Counted from the stretch's first letter, positions 33,546 to 44,500 are shown. The stretch: 64,000 nucleotides of DNA from Burkholderiales bacterium (GCA_022843925.1 JALHMS010000017.1:53674-117673), one strand, 5' to 3'. Program-made: numbers and translations. The notes: a model not told the origin generated them from the sequence alone.

Positions 33546-33838
33546 GGCCGTGGTGACGGCGGGGCGGGCGGGTACTCGGGGGGCTCGATGCATGGCGTCG
33601 ATTGAACCACGGTTGGCTTGCATCAGCCTGTCTCGGGGGGGAAGTTGTGTCGCGAAGTCCGGGTGCCGCGGAGGCCGAAGCCCGGATCAGGGACTCCCTT
33701 CGCTTCGCCAGGTTCCAACCGTCGTGCCATCCAGGCCATGGCGGGGGGCTCACTGCTCAAGTGGGCCCACCGCCGGCCGTTAGGCGGGAGGTCCCGTCGG
33801 GCGGATTCAAGAGTCTGCTCCGGAAGACACGGAAACCC

Positions 33839-34891
33839 ATGTCTCTTCTCATCTCTGCCGTAGCCGACATGACCGGCCAGCGCGATCGCGACCTCCTGGA
33901 GGTCACGGTCGCCGAGGTGCTTTTCGGTCTGCTCGACGTGCAGCGCATCGCGCTCTGGAAGGTGATCCCCCACAACCAGGGTGCGCGCGTGCGGCTGATG
34001 GCAGGGCTCGAAAGCGGACAGGTCGTCGCCATGTCCGACCCCGCGGTCGAGCCCGAGATGTTGCCCGGCATCGACCATTACGACGGATTCTCCGCCTGCT
34101 TCGAATCCCAGCTGCCGTTGCGGTTGCCCGTGCCCGGCACCGCAGCGCGGCGGCATGTCTATCCGGTCACGTCGGAGCGCGAGGCGGTGGGGCTGCTGGA
34201 GATAGAGTCGACCACGGACTTGAGCGATTCGCAGGACCTCGTGGTGGCGGGCCTGCTGCGGATCTACCGCAACCACCTCTCGCTTCTCGACTACAGCGAA
34301 CACGACACGCTGACCGGTCTGCTCAATCGCCGCACCTTCGACGACATCTTCGTCCGGCGCGTCTCCCGGCAGGGCATGGCGATCTATGCTGACCGCGAGG
34401 TGGAGTTCATCGGCCATCGCCGGGTGTCCCTGCCAGGCGAAGCCCCGTGGCTGCTCGTGGTCGACATCGACTATTTCAAGCGGATCAACGACCGGTTCGG
34501 GCATCTGTTCGGGGACGAGGTGCTTCTCCTGATGGCGAGGTTCATGCGCTCCGTGTTCCGATCCCACGATGTCCTGTTCCGGTTCGGCGGCGAGGAGTTC
34601 GTCGTGCTCCTGGCACCGACGGATGCGCTCGGCGCGGAGGCGGCCGCGGAACGCTTTCGGGCGTCGGTCGAGCACTTCCCCTTTCCGCAGGTCGGACGCG
34701 TCACGGTGAGCGTCGGATACACGCGGGTGTCGCCGGACGACTCGCCGTTCGATGCCTTCGGGCGCGGGGACGAGGCCCTCTACTACGCGAAGCAGCACGG
34801 GCGCAATCGCGTGGTCTGCCACGAGGCGCTGGTCACGAGCGGCGAGGTCGAACTCAAGGCGAAGGTCGATAACGAGGTGGAGCTGTTCTGA
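33839..34891 (+). CDS. Diguanylate cyclase (GAF-like N-terminus + GGDEF)
   Basis: DTLTGLLNRR, DIDYFK.IND, RSHD I-site, GGEEF. Confidence 0.92.
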   Translation: MSLLISAVADMTGQRDRDLLEVTVAEVLFGLLDVQRIALWKVIPHNQGARVRLMAGLESGQVVAMSDPAVEPEMLPGIDHYDGFSACFESQLPLRLPVPGTAARRHVYPVTSEREAVGLLEIESTTDLSDSQDLVVAGLLRIYRNHLSLLDYSEHDTLTGLLNRRTFDDIFVRRVSRQGMAIYADREVEFIGHRRVSLPGEAPWLLVVDIDYFKRINDRFGHLFGDEVLLLMARFMRSVFRSHDVLFRFGGEEFVVLLAPTDALGAEAAAERFRASVEHFPFPQVGRVTVSVGYTRVSPDDSPFDAFGRGDEALYYAKQHGRNRVVCHEALVTSGEVELKAKVDNEVELF

Positions 34892-34953
34892 CGGCGATCG
34901 CCGGGTTGTCCGGCGCGCTGTTCCTCGCGGTGCCGCCCCGCGCGGTCCCGGCT

Positions 34954-35829
34954 TCACGATCCCGGGGCGCGCAGCCGGTCGTGGACGATGGCCCCGACGA
35001 CGACGAACGCGCCGACCCATTGCCAGTGGCCGAGGTGCTCCCCGAGCGTCAGGCTGGCGATTCCCGCCACCGCCACAGGCTCCAGATTGAGCATCACCGC
35101 GGCCGACGCGGCGCCCACCGATGGCAGCAGCAGGAAGAGCATCACGACGCCCGCCGCGTAGAAGACCGCGAGCCCGGCGAGCCCCAGCGACGCGGACCCG
35201 CCCGTCGGAAGCGACAGGACGCCCGCAGCGAGTGCCGACCCGCCGAAGAGGGTCGCCGCCGTACTCATCATCAGGAAGGTTCGGAGCGGAGCGGCCACCC
35301 CCGGCGCGAGTCGCGGCGTCATGACGAGAATGCCGGTGAATGCCAGCGAGGCGCCGGCGGCTGCCGCAAGACCCGTCGGATCCACGCGGTCGGGATTCAC
35401 GCCCAGCACCAGCGCGAGCCCGCAGAAAGCGGCTGCGAGGGAGGCGGTACGGGCGCGGGTCAGACGATGCTCGCCCACTGCCGCCGAGGCGATCGCCGTG
35501 AAAAAAGGGTACGTGTAGAAGACGAGGATCGCGAGCGTCACCGGCAGCCGCTTGACCGCGACCTGGATGAGCAGGGTCTGGACGACGACGCCGAGACCGA
35601 GCAGGAGGATCCCGCGGAAGGCCGGACGCGATACTCGTAGCGGCACGCGTCTCCATCGCAGCAGGCACAGCAGGATCGCGCTCGCGCACAGCGCGCGGAA
35701 CGTCGCGGCGGTCATGATGCCCACCCCGTGCCCGAACGCGTATCGCGCGCACACGTGCCCGGTGCCGAGGCTGAGCGCTGCGCCCAGCAACCCGATGGGC
35801 GCCCACCAGCGGACCAAGGGTTTCGTCAC
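34954..35829 (-). CDS. EamA/DMT transporter
   Basis: About 10 hydrophobic segments; YTYP, NLEPV, LGE. Confidence 0.85.
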   Translation of the reverse strand: MTKPLVRWWAPIGLLGAALSLGTGHVCARYAFGHGVGIMTAATFRALCASAILLCLLRWRRVPLRVSRPAFRGILLLGLGVVVQTLLIQVAVKRLPVTLAILVFYTYPFFTAIASAAVGEHRLTRARTASLAAAFCGLALVLGVNPDRVDPTGLAAAAGASLAFTGILVMTPRLAPGVAAPLRTFLMMSTAATLFGGSALAAGVLSLPTGGSASLGLAGLAVFYAAGVVMLFLLLPSVGAASAAVMLNLEPVAVAGIASLTLGEHLGHWQWVGAFVVVGAIVHDRLRAPGS

Positions 35830-35847
35830 GGCGATGCCGGCGGATGC

Positions 35848-36036
35848 TCAGGAGCCCTTGCCGGGGCGCTGCCTGTCGTACTCCTCGTAGGGCCGGCTGG
35901 GCTGCGTGGCGCGCTCGGTGGGCGTCCTGAGGGCGTCGTTGCTCTGGCGGGCGCCCTCGTAGATGCCGCCCGGACCCGTACAGCCGCCGAGTGCTGCGGT
36001 CACCAGCGTGCCGAACACCCACGGAAAGCGGGCCAT
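35848..36036 (-). CDS. Small hypothetical lipoprotein
   Basis: Lipobox LGGC; ATG overlaps upstream stop; 62 aa. Confidence 0.6.
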   Translation of the reverse strand: MARFPWVFGTLVTAALGGCTGPGGIYEGARQSNDALRTPTERATQPSRPYEEYDRQRPGKGS

Positions 36037-36851
36037 CAGGAGCGGGCCCGGAAGGCGTCGATGAACGGTCGGACCGCCTCCCTGCGGGTCTCCATCGCTG
36101 CCTTGATCTGCAGCCCGACGGCATCGATGTGCCGGATGATCGCGCCCTGGAGAGGGATCGCGATGAGCTTGGAGTAGCGGGGGCCGACGCAATACCGGCT
36201 CTCGGGGCTGCAGGCGACGAACTGGAACGCCTCCCGGTACTTCGTCGAGAACTCCAACTCGTTGTCCTTCTCGGGAATGCGTGCCTGCGCCGCCTTCTGC
36301 AGGGCCTTCAACTCGCCCTCCGCGCCCTTCAGGTCGTATTTGAAGCGGCCCGAGTACGTGTAATTGAAGAGCGTCATCTCACCCATGAACCAGTCCATCA
36401 TCGCGAGTTGAGCCTTGCCGGATTCGCTCGCGAAGTGGTTGGCGATGGTGTCGGAGTCCTCGCCGGCGAACGTGGTGGAGACGTATTCCGTCCGGATGTC
36501 CTTGACCCAGGTTTCCTGGGCCAGCATGGCCATCGGTGCGTCGACCGTCTCCTGCAGCAGCATCGCCTCGGCGTCCGCCCATTCGGGGACACCCTCCTTC
36601 CAGCCGGCGCCGGCGCCTGCCTCCCTGCCCCACGCGGCAAGCAGTTCGCGGGCGAGGGTGAGGGAAAGCTGCTTCGTGATCAGTCGTGCGGCCCCGATGA
36701 TCAGGGCTTCGTCGTGCGATTTCGCGACCCGTTCCGCGGCGGACCGCCGGTCGGCTTCCTCCTCCGCCTTGGTCTCGGCGGCCATGCCGAAGCCCGGCAT
36801 CAGCACCGCCGCGACGACGGCGCCCGCGAGCTTGCGCATCCACATCTGCAT
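36036..36851 (-). CDS. Secreted hypothetical protein
   Basis: GGGAG RBS, signal peptide, typical codon usage; no family recognised. Confidence 0.7.
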   Translation of the reverse strand: MQMWMRKLAGAVVAAVLMPGFGMAAETKAEEEADRRSAAERVAKSHDEALIIGAARLITKQLSLTLARELLAAWGREAGAGAGWKEGVPEWADAEAMLLQETVDAPMAMLAQETWVKDIRTEYVSTTFAGEDSDTIANHFASESGKAQLAMMDWFMGEMTLFNYTYSGRFKYDLKGAEGELKALQKAAQARIPEKDNELEFSTKYREAFQFVACSPESRYCVGPRYSKLIAIPLQGAIIRHIDAVGLQIKAAMETRREAVRPFIDAFRARS

Positions 36852-36915
36852 CGAATCACTCCCTTCTTCGTCGATCGCTTCGTCGACCGAATCCTCGGTC
36901 GAGTATAGCCCCGCG

Positions 36916-37695
36916 CTATTGCAGTGCGGCAGAGCCCGGCGGCATCGGGACGCCATCGGGACCGCTCGGGGCGCGTTCCGCGACGAATGCACGCGCCTGT
37001 CCTTCGTACGTCTCGCGGAGATGCGGCTGGCGGGCGATCAGCGCTTCCTTCGCCTCGAGCGCACGGTCGGCGTCGGTGCCGGACGGCAGCAGGAGGTTCG
37101 CCACGCAGTAGTGCGCCAGGGCCAACCCGCCGTGGCGCTCACCGGCCAGGCCGTTCATGTGGATGTCGGCCAGGACGAGGTGCGCCAGCCCGTCGAGCTT
37201 GTCGGCGGCGAACTCCAGCAGGCCGAGCGCCTTCTGCAGATCGGACTCCGGAACCTCCCGGGAAAGATGCATGAGGGCCAGGTGCGTCGCTGCGACCTCG
37301 TGACCCTGGTGCGCCGCCCGTTCGTACCACGCGGCGGCTTCGACGGGATCCGCCGGGCCACCGAGACCTGCCTGGAGCATCCTGGCGAACTGCATCTGAG
37401 CCTCCGATACGCCCTGGCGGGCCGCCGCCTCGTACCACCGCCGCGCCGCCAGGTGGTTGCGCGGTCCGGCCTCTGCGCGGTCGTGCATATGGCCGAGGGC
37501 AAACTGCGCCCAGGCATGCCCCGCATCGGCTGCACGCGAGTACCAGTCGCGCGCCTTCGAGAGATCGAGCGGCGCACCCGGCTTCTCGGGGAGATCGTGC
37601 AGGAGGCCGAGGTCGAACATCGCCTGGGTATCGCCGGCGTCGGCGCGCGCGGTCAGGATGGCGATACGCTCGTCGACCGTGGTGTCGTCGTTCAT
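36916..37695 (-). CDS. Sel1-repeat protein
   Basis: Repeated A..LG....G...A..WY..AA..G units. Confidence 0.88.
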   Translation of the reverse strand: MNDDTTVDERIAILTARADAGDTQAMFDLGLLHDLPEKPGAPLDLSKARDWYSRAADAGHAWAQFALGHMHDRAEAGPRNHLAARRWYEAAARQGVSEAQMQFARMLQAGLGGPADPVEAAAWYERAAHQGHEVAATHLALMHLSREVPESDLQKALGLLEFAADKLDGLAHLVLADIHMNGLAGERHGGLALAHYCVANLLLPSGTDADRALEAKEALIARQPHLRETYEGQARAFVAERAPSGPDGVPMPPGSAALQ

Positions 37696-37718
37696 GGGGT
37701 CCTGTCGCAGGGCGGATG

Positions 37719-37750
37719 AAAAACGGAAGGGGCAGCCCGCGGGCCGCCCC
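37719..37750 (-). terminator. Possible terminator after lpoB
   Basis: Minus strand GGGGCGGCCC-GC-GGGCTGCCCC then TTCCGTTTTT. Confidence 0.45.
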
Positions 37751-37768
37751 TGGTTCGCGAGATCGTGC

Positions 37769-38365
37769 TCAGCGCTCGGTCGTCTTGCGGATGTCCTTGG
37801 TCTCGCTCCATTCCTCGATGCCGGTCTGGATGTTCGTGAGACTCATGAAGAGCTGGTAGTAGACGTCCTTCACGTTCTTCGTCTCCTTCACGATGGAGGT
37901 GATCTCACCGGTGACCCGGTAACCCGCCCCGACCATCCTGCCCTGCTGCACCGACTTGTCCTGGTCGTACTGCTCGCCCTGCTGGCGGTTCAATTCGTCG
38001 AGTTGCTTCTGCATCTCCGCCTGGTCCACGGCAAACCGCACGCGCCCGCTCTTCTGGAGGGAGGAGCGCATGCGGTTCGTGATGGCCCGCGTGTCGATGT
38101 ATTCGCTCGTCTTGTTCTTCACTTCCTGCGTGGTGACGATGGGGAGGTTCCCGCTGGCGATCACCGGGGCCTGGAGCATCGACTGCGTCATCTGCTCGGC
38201 GAGCATCTGCAGGTCGGTGGAACCGAACTGGTTGGTCACCGTCTCGACGGATCCGGCGTCGCCGTAGCGGGTTTTCGGCCCCCCGCACCCGGCGAGGGCG
38301 ACAGCGGCGGCCAGCGAGAGCAGGCTCGCGATGCGGGCGATATGGAAGGATGAGGTCCGCGTCAT
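37769..38365 (-). CDS. lpoB: LpoB-family PBP activator lipoprotein
   Basis: Lipobox LAGC; FGSTDLQ, VKNKTSEYIDT; follows ycfL-like gene. Confidence 0.85.
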   Translation of the reverse strand: MTRTSSFHIARIASLLSLAAAVALAGCGGPKTRYGDAGSVETVTNQFGSTDLQMLAEQMTQSMLQAPVIASGNLPIVTTQEVKNKTSEYIDTRAITNRMRSSLQKSGRVRFAVDQAEMQKQLDELNRQQGEQYDQDKSVQQGRMVGAGYRVTGEITSIVKETKNVKDVYYQLFMSLTNIQTGIEEWSETKDIRKTTER

Positions 38366-38399
38366 GGGTTTCTTCTCCTGAGTCCGAGGGGGCGGAGGG

Positions 38400-38837
38400 T
38401 CACTCCTGACCCATCACGATGAACTTGAAGTCGCGTGCCTTGGGATTGGGGGCGATGGCCGTGACGGTCTGGCGCGAGTTGCCGTACATCAGCAACGGTT
38501 TCCAGGTTTCCTCGTCGGCAGCGCGCATCCCTTCGGCGTCCGACCAGCGGAACTTGTACATGAGGCGCTCGACATCGCTCTCGTCGTTGAACACGACGAC
38601 GTCGACCTTGAGGAGATCCCCGGTCGTGGTGCACCGGATCTCTTCGAGTTCGACGTCCGGATTCTGTCCGCCTTCCTTCGCCACCTTCGCCCGGACCAGA
38701 TCACCCATGGTCGAGATCTTCGTGTCGCCGATCGGGCATCCGAAGGCGAAACCCGGCTTCTCGAAGCCTTTCTTCGTCCCGCAGCCGGTCGCGCAGAGCG
38801 CGGCAAGGGTTACGGCGACGACGGTGGATGCTTTCAT
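38400..38837 (-). CDS. YcfL/DUF1425-family lipoprotein
   Basis: Lipobox ATGC; YKFRW.D.EG...W...APNP.A. Confidence 0.8.
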   Translation of the reverse strand: MKASTVVAVTLAALCATGCGTKKGFEKPGFAFGCPIGDTKISTMGDLVRAKVAKEGGQNPDVELEEIRCTTTGDLLKVDVVVFNDESDVERLMYKFRWSDAEGMRAADEETWKPLLMYGNSRQTVTAIAPNPKARDFKFIVMGQE

Positions 38838-40402
38838 TGCAGTGTCCTCCAGGAACGGGGGGAAGAAGGCAGGTCGATGACCCGTACGTGAGCATACATG
38901 CCGGCGTTGCCCGGTTCTCCGGCGCTTTCGGACGATGGAAGTTCCGGTGTCGGGTTGCCGCCGGGCATCCCCGGGGGGGCGACGAACGCGTGTCCGCGCA
39001 GCAGGCGGATCGAGACCAGCGCGTGGCTGCCGGTGAGGTTGACGTCGAAGCGTGTGGAGCCGCTGTCCGAACGGACGCTCACGGGATGGGACCCCCGCGG
39101 CAGGCGAGCCCGCGCGATCGTGACTTGCGAGGGGAGGGTCCGCCAGCCGCGTTCGTCCGCCTGCTCCACGACAGCCCCGCCGATCTGGAGCGCAAGCAAC
39201 GCGATGACGGCGCCGAGCCCGTCGTCCCGGTTGCGTTGCTGAGCCATCTGCCTCTGGATCTGGTACTGCGCCACGGCCTTCGTGGCAGAGCGCACGAAGG
39301 CACGCAGCATGATGCCGGGCATGTCGTCCTGAAGCGCCCGTCTGGCCATGGCGTCGAGGTCGAGGATGTGGGCCGTCGGAAGGCGGTCGACGCCGCCGAT
39401 CTGGATGTCCGGCGCCTGATAGCCCATCGGGGCCGCGGGCAGCACGGGGAAGGAGACCTGCACGAAGGTGAACGCGCCGTAGGCGGGGATCGGGATCGGA
39501 AGGCTGAAGCTGCGGGACTGCCGGCCTGGAATGGCGCCGGTCTCGATGACGAAGAGCGTGTCGCACACCGTGTCGTCGGGTGCGCCGGTGCGCGCATCGA
39601 GCCCGGCGAGGGCCTCGTCCAGCGCCGACTCCCCCGGACGCAGTTCGATGGCCGTGCGGTATCCGGGGGCGGCGAGGCCGGGCTCGCCCAGCGCCTCGTA
39701 GACGAAGCCGGCGAGGTAATGGGACAGGGCATTCTGATAACCGTTGCGCAGCGCGTTCGCCTCGGGCGTCGCGATGGATTCCACGGGGTATCCGTTGATC
39801 TCGCGAAAGCTCACCTGGGCGGACTTCCCGGCTGCTTCCTCTCGAAGTCTCTGGTATTCGCGAGCGCGGACTTCGGCGATGAGCGCCTCGCGCTCGTGCG
39901 TACGCTTGATCTCGATGCGCGCCTTGTCCCAGTCGCCTAGGGCCAGATGGTCCATCGCCATGCGCGTGGTGATCAGCACCTTCTCGTAGTCGAAGCCTTC
40001 GTAGGTGCGGACGCGATCGTTCAACAGGAAGCTGCCGGTCTGTCCGACAGCCCGGGTCGGGTCGAGCTTGACAGCCGCTTCCCACGCAAGGACTTCGGCG
40101 TCGGCCTTCCTGAACGACTCGAAACTGCCGGCGAAGTCGTTCGCGAGTCGCTTGAGTTCGCCCAGTTCCATGTGGAAGAGCAGGTCCTTGTCGCCCGACG
40201 CATTGTTCTTTTCGAGAACGGAAATGGCGCCGGATACGTCACCGCCCGCGGTGCGTTCGATGACCTGGTCCATCTCGGATCGGTAGCTTCGCAGGGCGCC
40301 GCAGCCACCGAGCAGCGCTGCGCAGAGCAGCCCGGCAACGACCCGGGTGGCCGAGGCACGCAGCGCTACATTCGAATCGGAAGGCTCGGGGACAGGAGTC
40401 AT
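38834..40402 (-). CDS. COG3014-family lipoprotein
   Basis: Lipobox LGGC; YEG.DYEK, NGYQNA, QADERGWRTLP; start approximate. Confidence 0.8.
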   Translation of the reverse strand: MTPVPEPSDSNVALRASATRVVAGLLCAALLGGCGALRSYRSEMDQVIERTAGGDVSGAISVLEKNNASGDKDLLFHMELGELKRLANDFAGSFESFRKADAEVLAWEAAVKLDPTRAVGQTGSFLLNDRVRTYEGFDYEKVLITTRMAMDHLALGDWDKARIEIKRTHEREALIAEVRAREYQRLREEAAGKSAQVSFREINGYPVESIATPEANALRNGYQNALSHYLAGFVYEALGEPGLAAPGYRTAIELRPGESALDEALAGLDARTGAPDDTVCDTLFVIETGAIPGRQSRSFSLPIPIPAYGAFTFVQVSFPVLPAAPMGYQAPDIQIGGVDRLPTAHILDLDAMARRALQDDMPGIMLRAFVRSATKAVAQYQIQRQMAQQRNRDDGLGAVIALLALQIGGAVVEQADERGWRTLPSQVTIARARLPRGSHPVSVRSDSGSTRFDVNLTGSHALVSIRLLRGHAFVAPPGMPGGNPTPELPSSESAGEPGNAGMYAHVRVIDLPSSPRSWRTLQ

Positions 40403-40523
40403 GCAGTGGCGGTGCCCAGGCGGGCCCGCGGGTCGGTGCGAAGCTGATCCATTCTGCACGCGCGCGGGTGCGCGCGCCAATCGGGCCTAGATGGCGGACG
40501 TGGCGGCGCGCCGCATCGTGCGC

Positions 40524-40556
40524 AAAGAAAAACGCCCCGCCTGCGAGGCGGGGCGT
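40524..40556 (-). terminator. Intrinsic terminator of PEP-CTERM gene 1
   Basis: Minus strand ACGCCCCGCCT-CGC-AGGCGGGGCGT followed by TTTTCTTT. Confidence 0.8.
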
Positions 40557-40612
40557 CTGGGAGCGCGCGGGGGACTGTCGTGAAGAGCGTCTGATCACCC
40601 GGCGTGCCGGAG

Positions 40613-41305
40613 TCAGCTCCCGATCCGTCGCGTCCGGCGGCGGGCAGTGCCCAGTCCCACCAGTCCGAGCCCGATGCCCACCATGGCCCACGTGCCCGGT
40701 TCGGGGATCGGCAGGGCCGTTCCGGTCATCTCCACGCGAAGGCCGGTGGGATTCACCACGGCGGTGCCGTTGAACACGACGAAGTCGATGGTGTTGATGC
40801 CCGATACGAAGTAGTCGTCGAGCGTGAAGCTGGCGTAACCGAGACGGAAGGACTCGAACAGCGTGGTGTTGCCCGTTCCGTTCCCGTTCACCAGGATGTC
40901 CAGGCCGTTGTTGTCGGACATCCAGCGACCGACGATGACGGCCGTCGCCGGGTCGAAGCCCGTGAGGTCCACCGTCGTACGGTAGGTGTACTGACCCGTC
41001 GCGTTGTTGTTGGCGGCGTCGGGTCGCGGGCTGATCCACTTCGAAACGGCAGTGTTGGGGGCCCAGGCACCAATGGGAAAGCCGTTGTTGGTCACGAACG
41101 CTTCGGGACCGTTGAACACGACGTCCGGGCTATCGATCAGCGTGTAGTGCGGATCGACCGCCCCGCCGGGCAGAGGATTGCCCGAAGCATCGACGCCGGT
41201 ATTGAACACGGCGAGGTTCGAAACCGTGATGGCCTGTGACGGACCGGCGAAGGAGAGCGTCGCGGCAACGGCAAGGGCGGCGGTGAGGAACTTGGTGTGC
41301 ATCAT
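40613..41305 (-). CDS. PEP-CTERM surface protein 1
   Basis: Signal peptide; C-terminal IPEPGTWAMVGIGLGLVG + RRRTRR. Confidence 0.92.
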   Translation of the reverse strand: MMHTKFLTAALAVAATLSFAGPSQAITVSNLAVFNTGVDASGNPLPGGAVDPHYTLIDSPDVVFNGPEAFVTNNGFPIGAWAPNTAVSKWISPRPDAANNNATGQYTYRTTVDLTGFDPATAVIVGRWMSDNNGLDILVNGNGTGNTTLFESFRLGYASFTLDDYFVSGINTIDFVVFNGTAVVNPTGLRVEMTGTALPIPEPGTWAMVGIGLGLVGLGTARRRTRRIGS

Positions 41306-41372
41306 CGTGGACTCCGAGGTATTCCGTGGCTGACGTGTCGGAAATCTTTCATTCCGAGAGCTTGTGCCGACT

Positions 41373-41388
41373 AGCGGATTCCGTGCCA
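41373..41388 (-). promoter_or_regulatory. Sigma54 promoter of PEP-CTERM gene 1
   Basis: Minus strand TGGCACGGAATCCGCT (GG-N10-GC). Confidence 0.65.
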
Positions 41389-41450
41389 ATCTTAAAATCT
41401 ATTGTTAAGTCAGAATTTTCGGCGTCTCGACAGTCTGGAGGGCCAGTCCC

Positions 41451-41467
41451 TGTAAGACCTGTCGACA
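41451..41467. promoter_or_regulatory. Candidate enhancer-binding-protein site (TGT-N11-ACA)
   Basis: TGTAAGACCTGTCGACA ~65 nt upstream of the -24 element. Confidence 0.5.
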
Positions 41468-41505
41468 GTCCTGACGGACGACGGCGGCGGAATCGCCCGC
41501 CGACG

Positions 41506-44500
41506 TCAGTCCGGCGATCCATCGTCGACCGGCTGTGCGCGGGCTTCGACCAGCGCAAACAGCGCGGGGAGAACGACGAGAGTGAGGAGGGTGGACGTGA
41601 TCAGACCGCCGATCACCACGATGGCGAGGGGGCGCTGGACTTCGGATCCCGGCCCCGTGGCGAAGAGGAAGGGGATGAGGCCAAGCATCGCGACGGTCGC
41701 CGTCATCAGTACGGGGCGCAGCCGGGCGCCGGTGCCTTCGATGATCGCCTCGTTCACCGTCCGCCCCTCGGACCGGAGGGACGTGATGTAGGCCACGAGG
41801 ACGATGCCGTTCAGCACCGCGATGCCCCACAGCGCGATGAAGCCCACCGACGCGGGCACGGAGAGGTACTCCCCGGTCAGGAAGAGCGCAATCACGCCGC
41901 CGATGGACGCGAAGGGCAGCACCGTGATGATGAGGGCTGCGTAGCGCAGCGAACGGAACAGCAGGAACAGCAGGAAGAAGATCGCGGCAATGGTGGCTGG
42001 GACGATGAGCATCAGGTGCGACATCGCCTTTTCCATGTTCTGGAACTGACCTCCCCATTCGAGCGCATAGCCCGGTGGCAACGGCAGCCGTGCTGCGATC
42101 TCCTCCTGCAGTTCCGCCACGAAACCACCGAGATCACGCCCCGCCACGTTCATCCCCACCACGATCCGCCGCTTCCCGCCTTCCCGCGATATCTGCGCCG
42201 GGCCCTCGATCACCTGGATGTGTGCCAGGTCCCGCAGATGCACCCGGGTGCCGCGCGACGAGATGAGAAGCATGTCCTCGATGGCCGTTGCATCGTCGCG
42301 AAACTCTGCGGGCAATCGCACCGAGGCCGGGAATCGCCACTCCCCCTCGAAGACGTCCGTCGCGGTCTTCCCACCCACCGCAATCTCCACGAAGTCGCGG
42401 ATGTCCGTCACATTGAAGCCGTGCCGGGCGATGGCCTGGCGGTTCACCTCGATCTGCAGGTACTGCTGACCGGACACCTTCTCGATCCGGAAATCCTGCG
42501 CCCCGCGCACCCGCGCGGCGATCGCTGCGATCTGCTCTGCCAGCAGGCGCAGTTCCTCCATGTCGGGGCCGAACACTTTCACGGCGACGTCCGAACGCAC
42601 GCCCGTCACCATCTCGTCGACGCGGTCGGAGATGGGCTGGGCCATCACGATCTGCACGCCGGGGAGGTCCGCAAGTCGTTCGCGCATTCGCTGGGCGATG
42701 TCGTCCTGGGTCCAGCCTTCCGGCCACTCGCTGCGCGGCGTCAGCGTGACGATGGGGTCTGCCTCGTTGGGGCCGGCCGGGTCCGCGGGTGACTCGCCGC
42801 GACCGATCCGCGACACCGCCATCTTGACGCCGGGGATCTCCATCATCCGGCGCATGGCCTCCTGTTCCATGCGCACCGATTCATCGAGCGAGATGCTTGG
42901 CGCGCGCATGATGTTCGGAGAGACCGATCCCTCCTTCATCTCCGGGATGAACGAGGTGCCGAGGAACGGGAACAGGGCGAGCGTGCCGACGAACAGCGCG
43001 ACCGAGATGGCGACGGTCTTCCGGCTGTTGCCGAGCACCCACGTGAGCAGTGGACGGTAGCCGAGCTTCACCAGGGCGATGACCCGGGTGTCGTGGTCTG
43101 CGCCGCCCTTCAGGAGATAGCGGGCGACAGCGTGAGCGACAGCAGCAGCGATATCGCGAGCGCGATCGCGATCGTGAAGGCGAGCGGCGCGAACATCTTG
43201 CCCTCCATGCCCTCCAGCGTCATGAGAGGCAGGAAAACGAGAATGATGATGCTCACGCCGAACAGCACCGGTGTTGCGACCTCCATGGTCGACCGCAGGA
43301 TCGTGGCCGAGCGGCTGCCGATCGAGCTTTCCGCGCGCCCGAGATGGCTGAAAGCGTTCTCGACCACGACCACGGAGCCGTCCACCATCAGCCCGATCGC
43401 GATGGCGAGCCCGCCGAGCGACATCAGGTTGGCGGAGAGTCCCACGCGGTTCATCACGATGAAGGTCACCAGCGGTGTCAGCACGAGTGTGGCCACCACG
43501 ATGAGCGACGACCGCACGTCCCCGAGGAACAGGAACAGGACGATCACGACGAGGATGATCCCCTCGATCAGGACCTTCACCACCGTGCCCAGCGCGGCAT
43601 CGACGAGTTCCGATCGATCGTAGTACGGCACGATGCGCAGGCCGTCGGGTATCGCGCCGCTCGCGTTCAGCGCGGCGACCCGCATCTTCACCCGCGCCAC
43701 CACCGCCTTCGCGTTCTCGCCGGCGAGCATCATCACGATGCCGCCGACGCTCTCCGTGACCCCGTTCTTCACCATCGCGCCGAATCGTGGCTGATGCCAG
43801 ATGCGGACCTCCGCGACGTCGCGGATCAGCACCGGGGTCGTCGAGATCTCCTTCAACACGATGGCGCCCACGTCTCCGACGGATCGCACGAGGCCCAGTC
43901 CGCGGATCAGGTACTGGTCCGCATGGTGCGCGAGCACGCCACCGCCGAAGTTCGTGTTGTTCCGCCGGAGCGCCTCGTAGACGTTGCCTGGGGTGATGCT
44001 GAAGTGGCTGAGCCGGTCGGGATCCAGCACGACCTGGTACTGCTTCACATAGCCGCCGGTCGAATTGATCTCGGCGACGCCAGCGATCGATCGCAGATAC
44101 GGGCGCACCACCCAGTCCTGCAGGGTGCGCCGTTGCGTGAGTTCCTGCCTGGTGAGGGCGCGCTTGCCGTCGTCGGGATGCTCCAGGGTGTACTGGTAGA
44201 CCTCACCAAGAACCGACGAGACCGGCCCCAGCTGCGGCGTCACGCCCTCGGGCAGACGGTCGCGTACCTCGATGAGGCGCTCCGTGACCATCTGGCGGGC
44301 GAGGTACAGATCGGACTGCTCGGTGAAGACGAGCGTGATCAGCGAGAGCGACGGGCGATTCAGCGACCGCATCTCCACCAGCCCGGGCAGGCCCGTCATC
44401 GCGATCTCGACCGGCACGGTGACGGCACGTTCGATCTCCTGTGGCGACCGACCCAGCGCCTCGGTGGCGATCTGCACCTGGACGTTGGTGACGTCCGGGA

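Noticed and set aside
43100-43135. Programmed ribosomal frameshift in the RND gene
   Set aside because: No slippery heptamer or homopolymer at the junction, and residues appear to be missing
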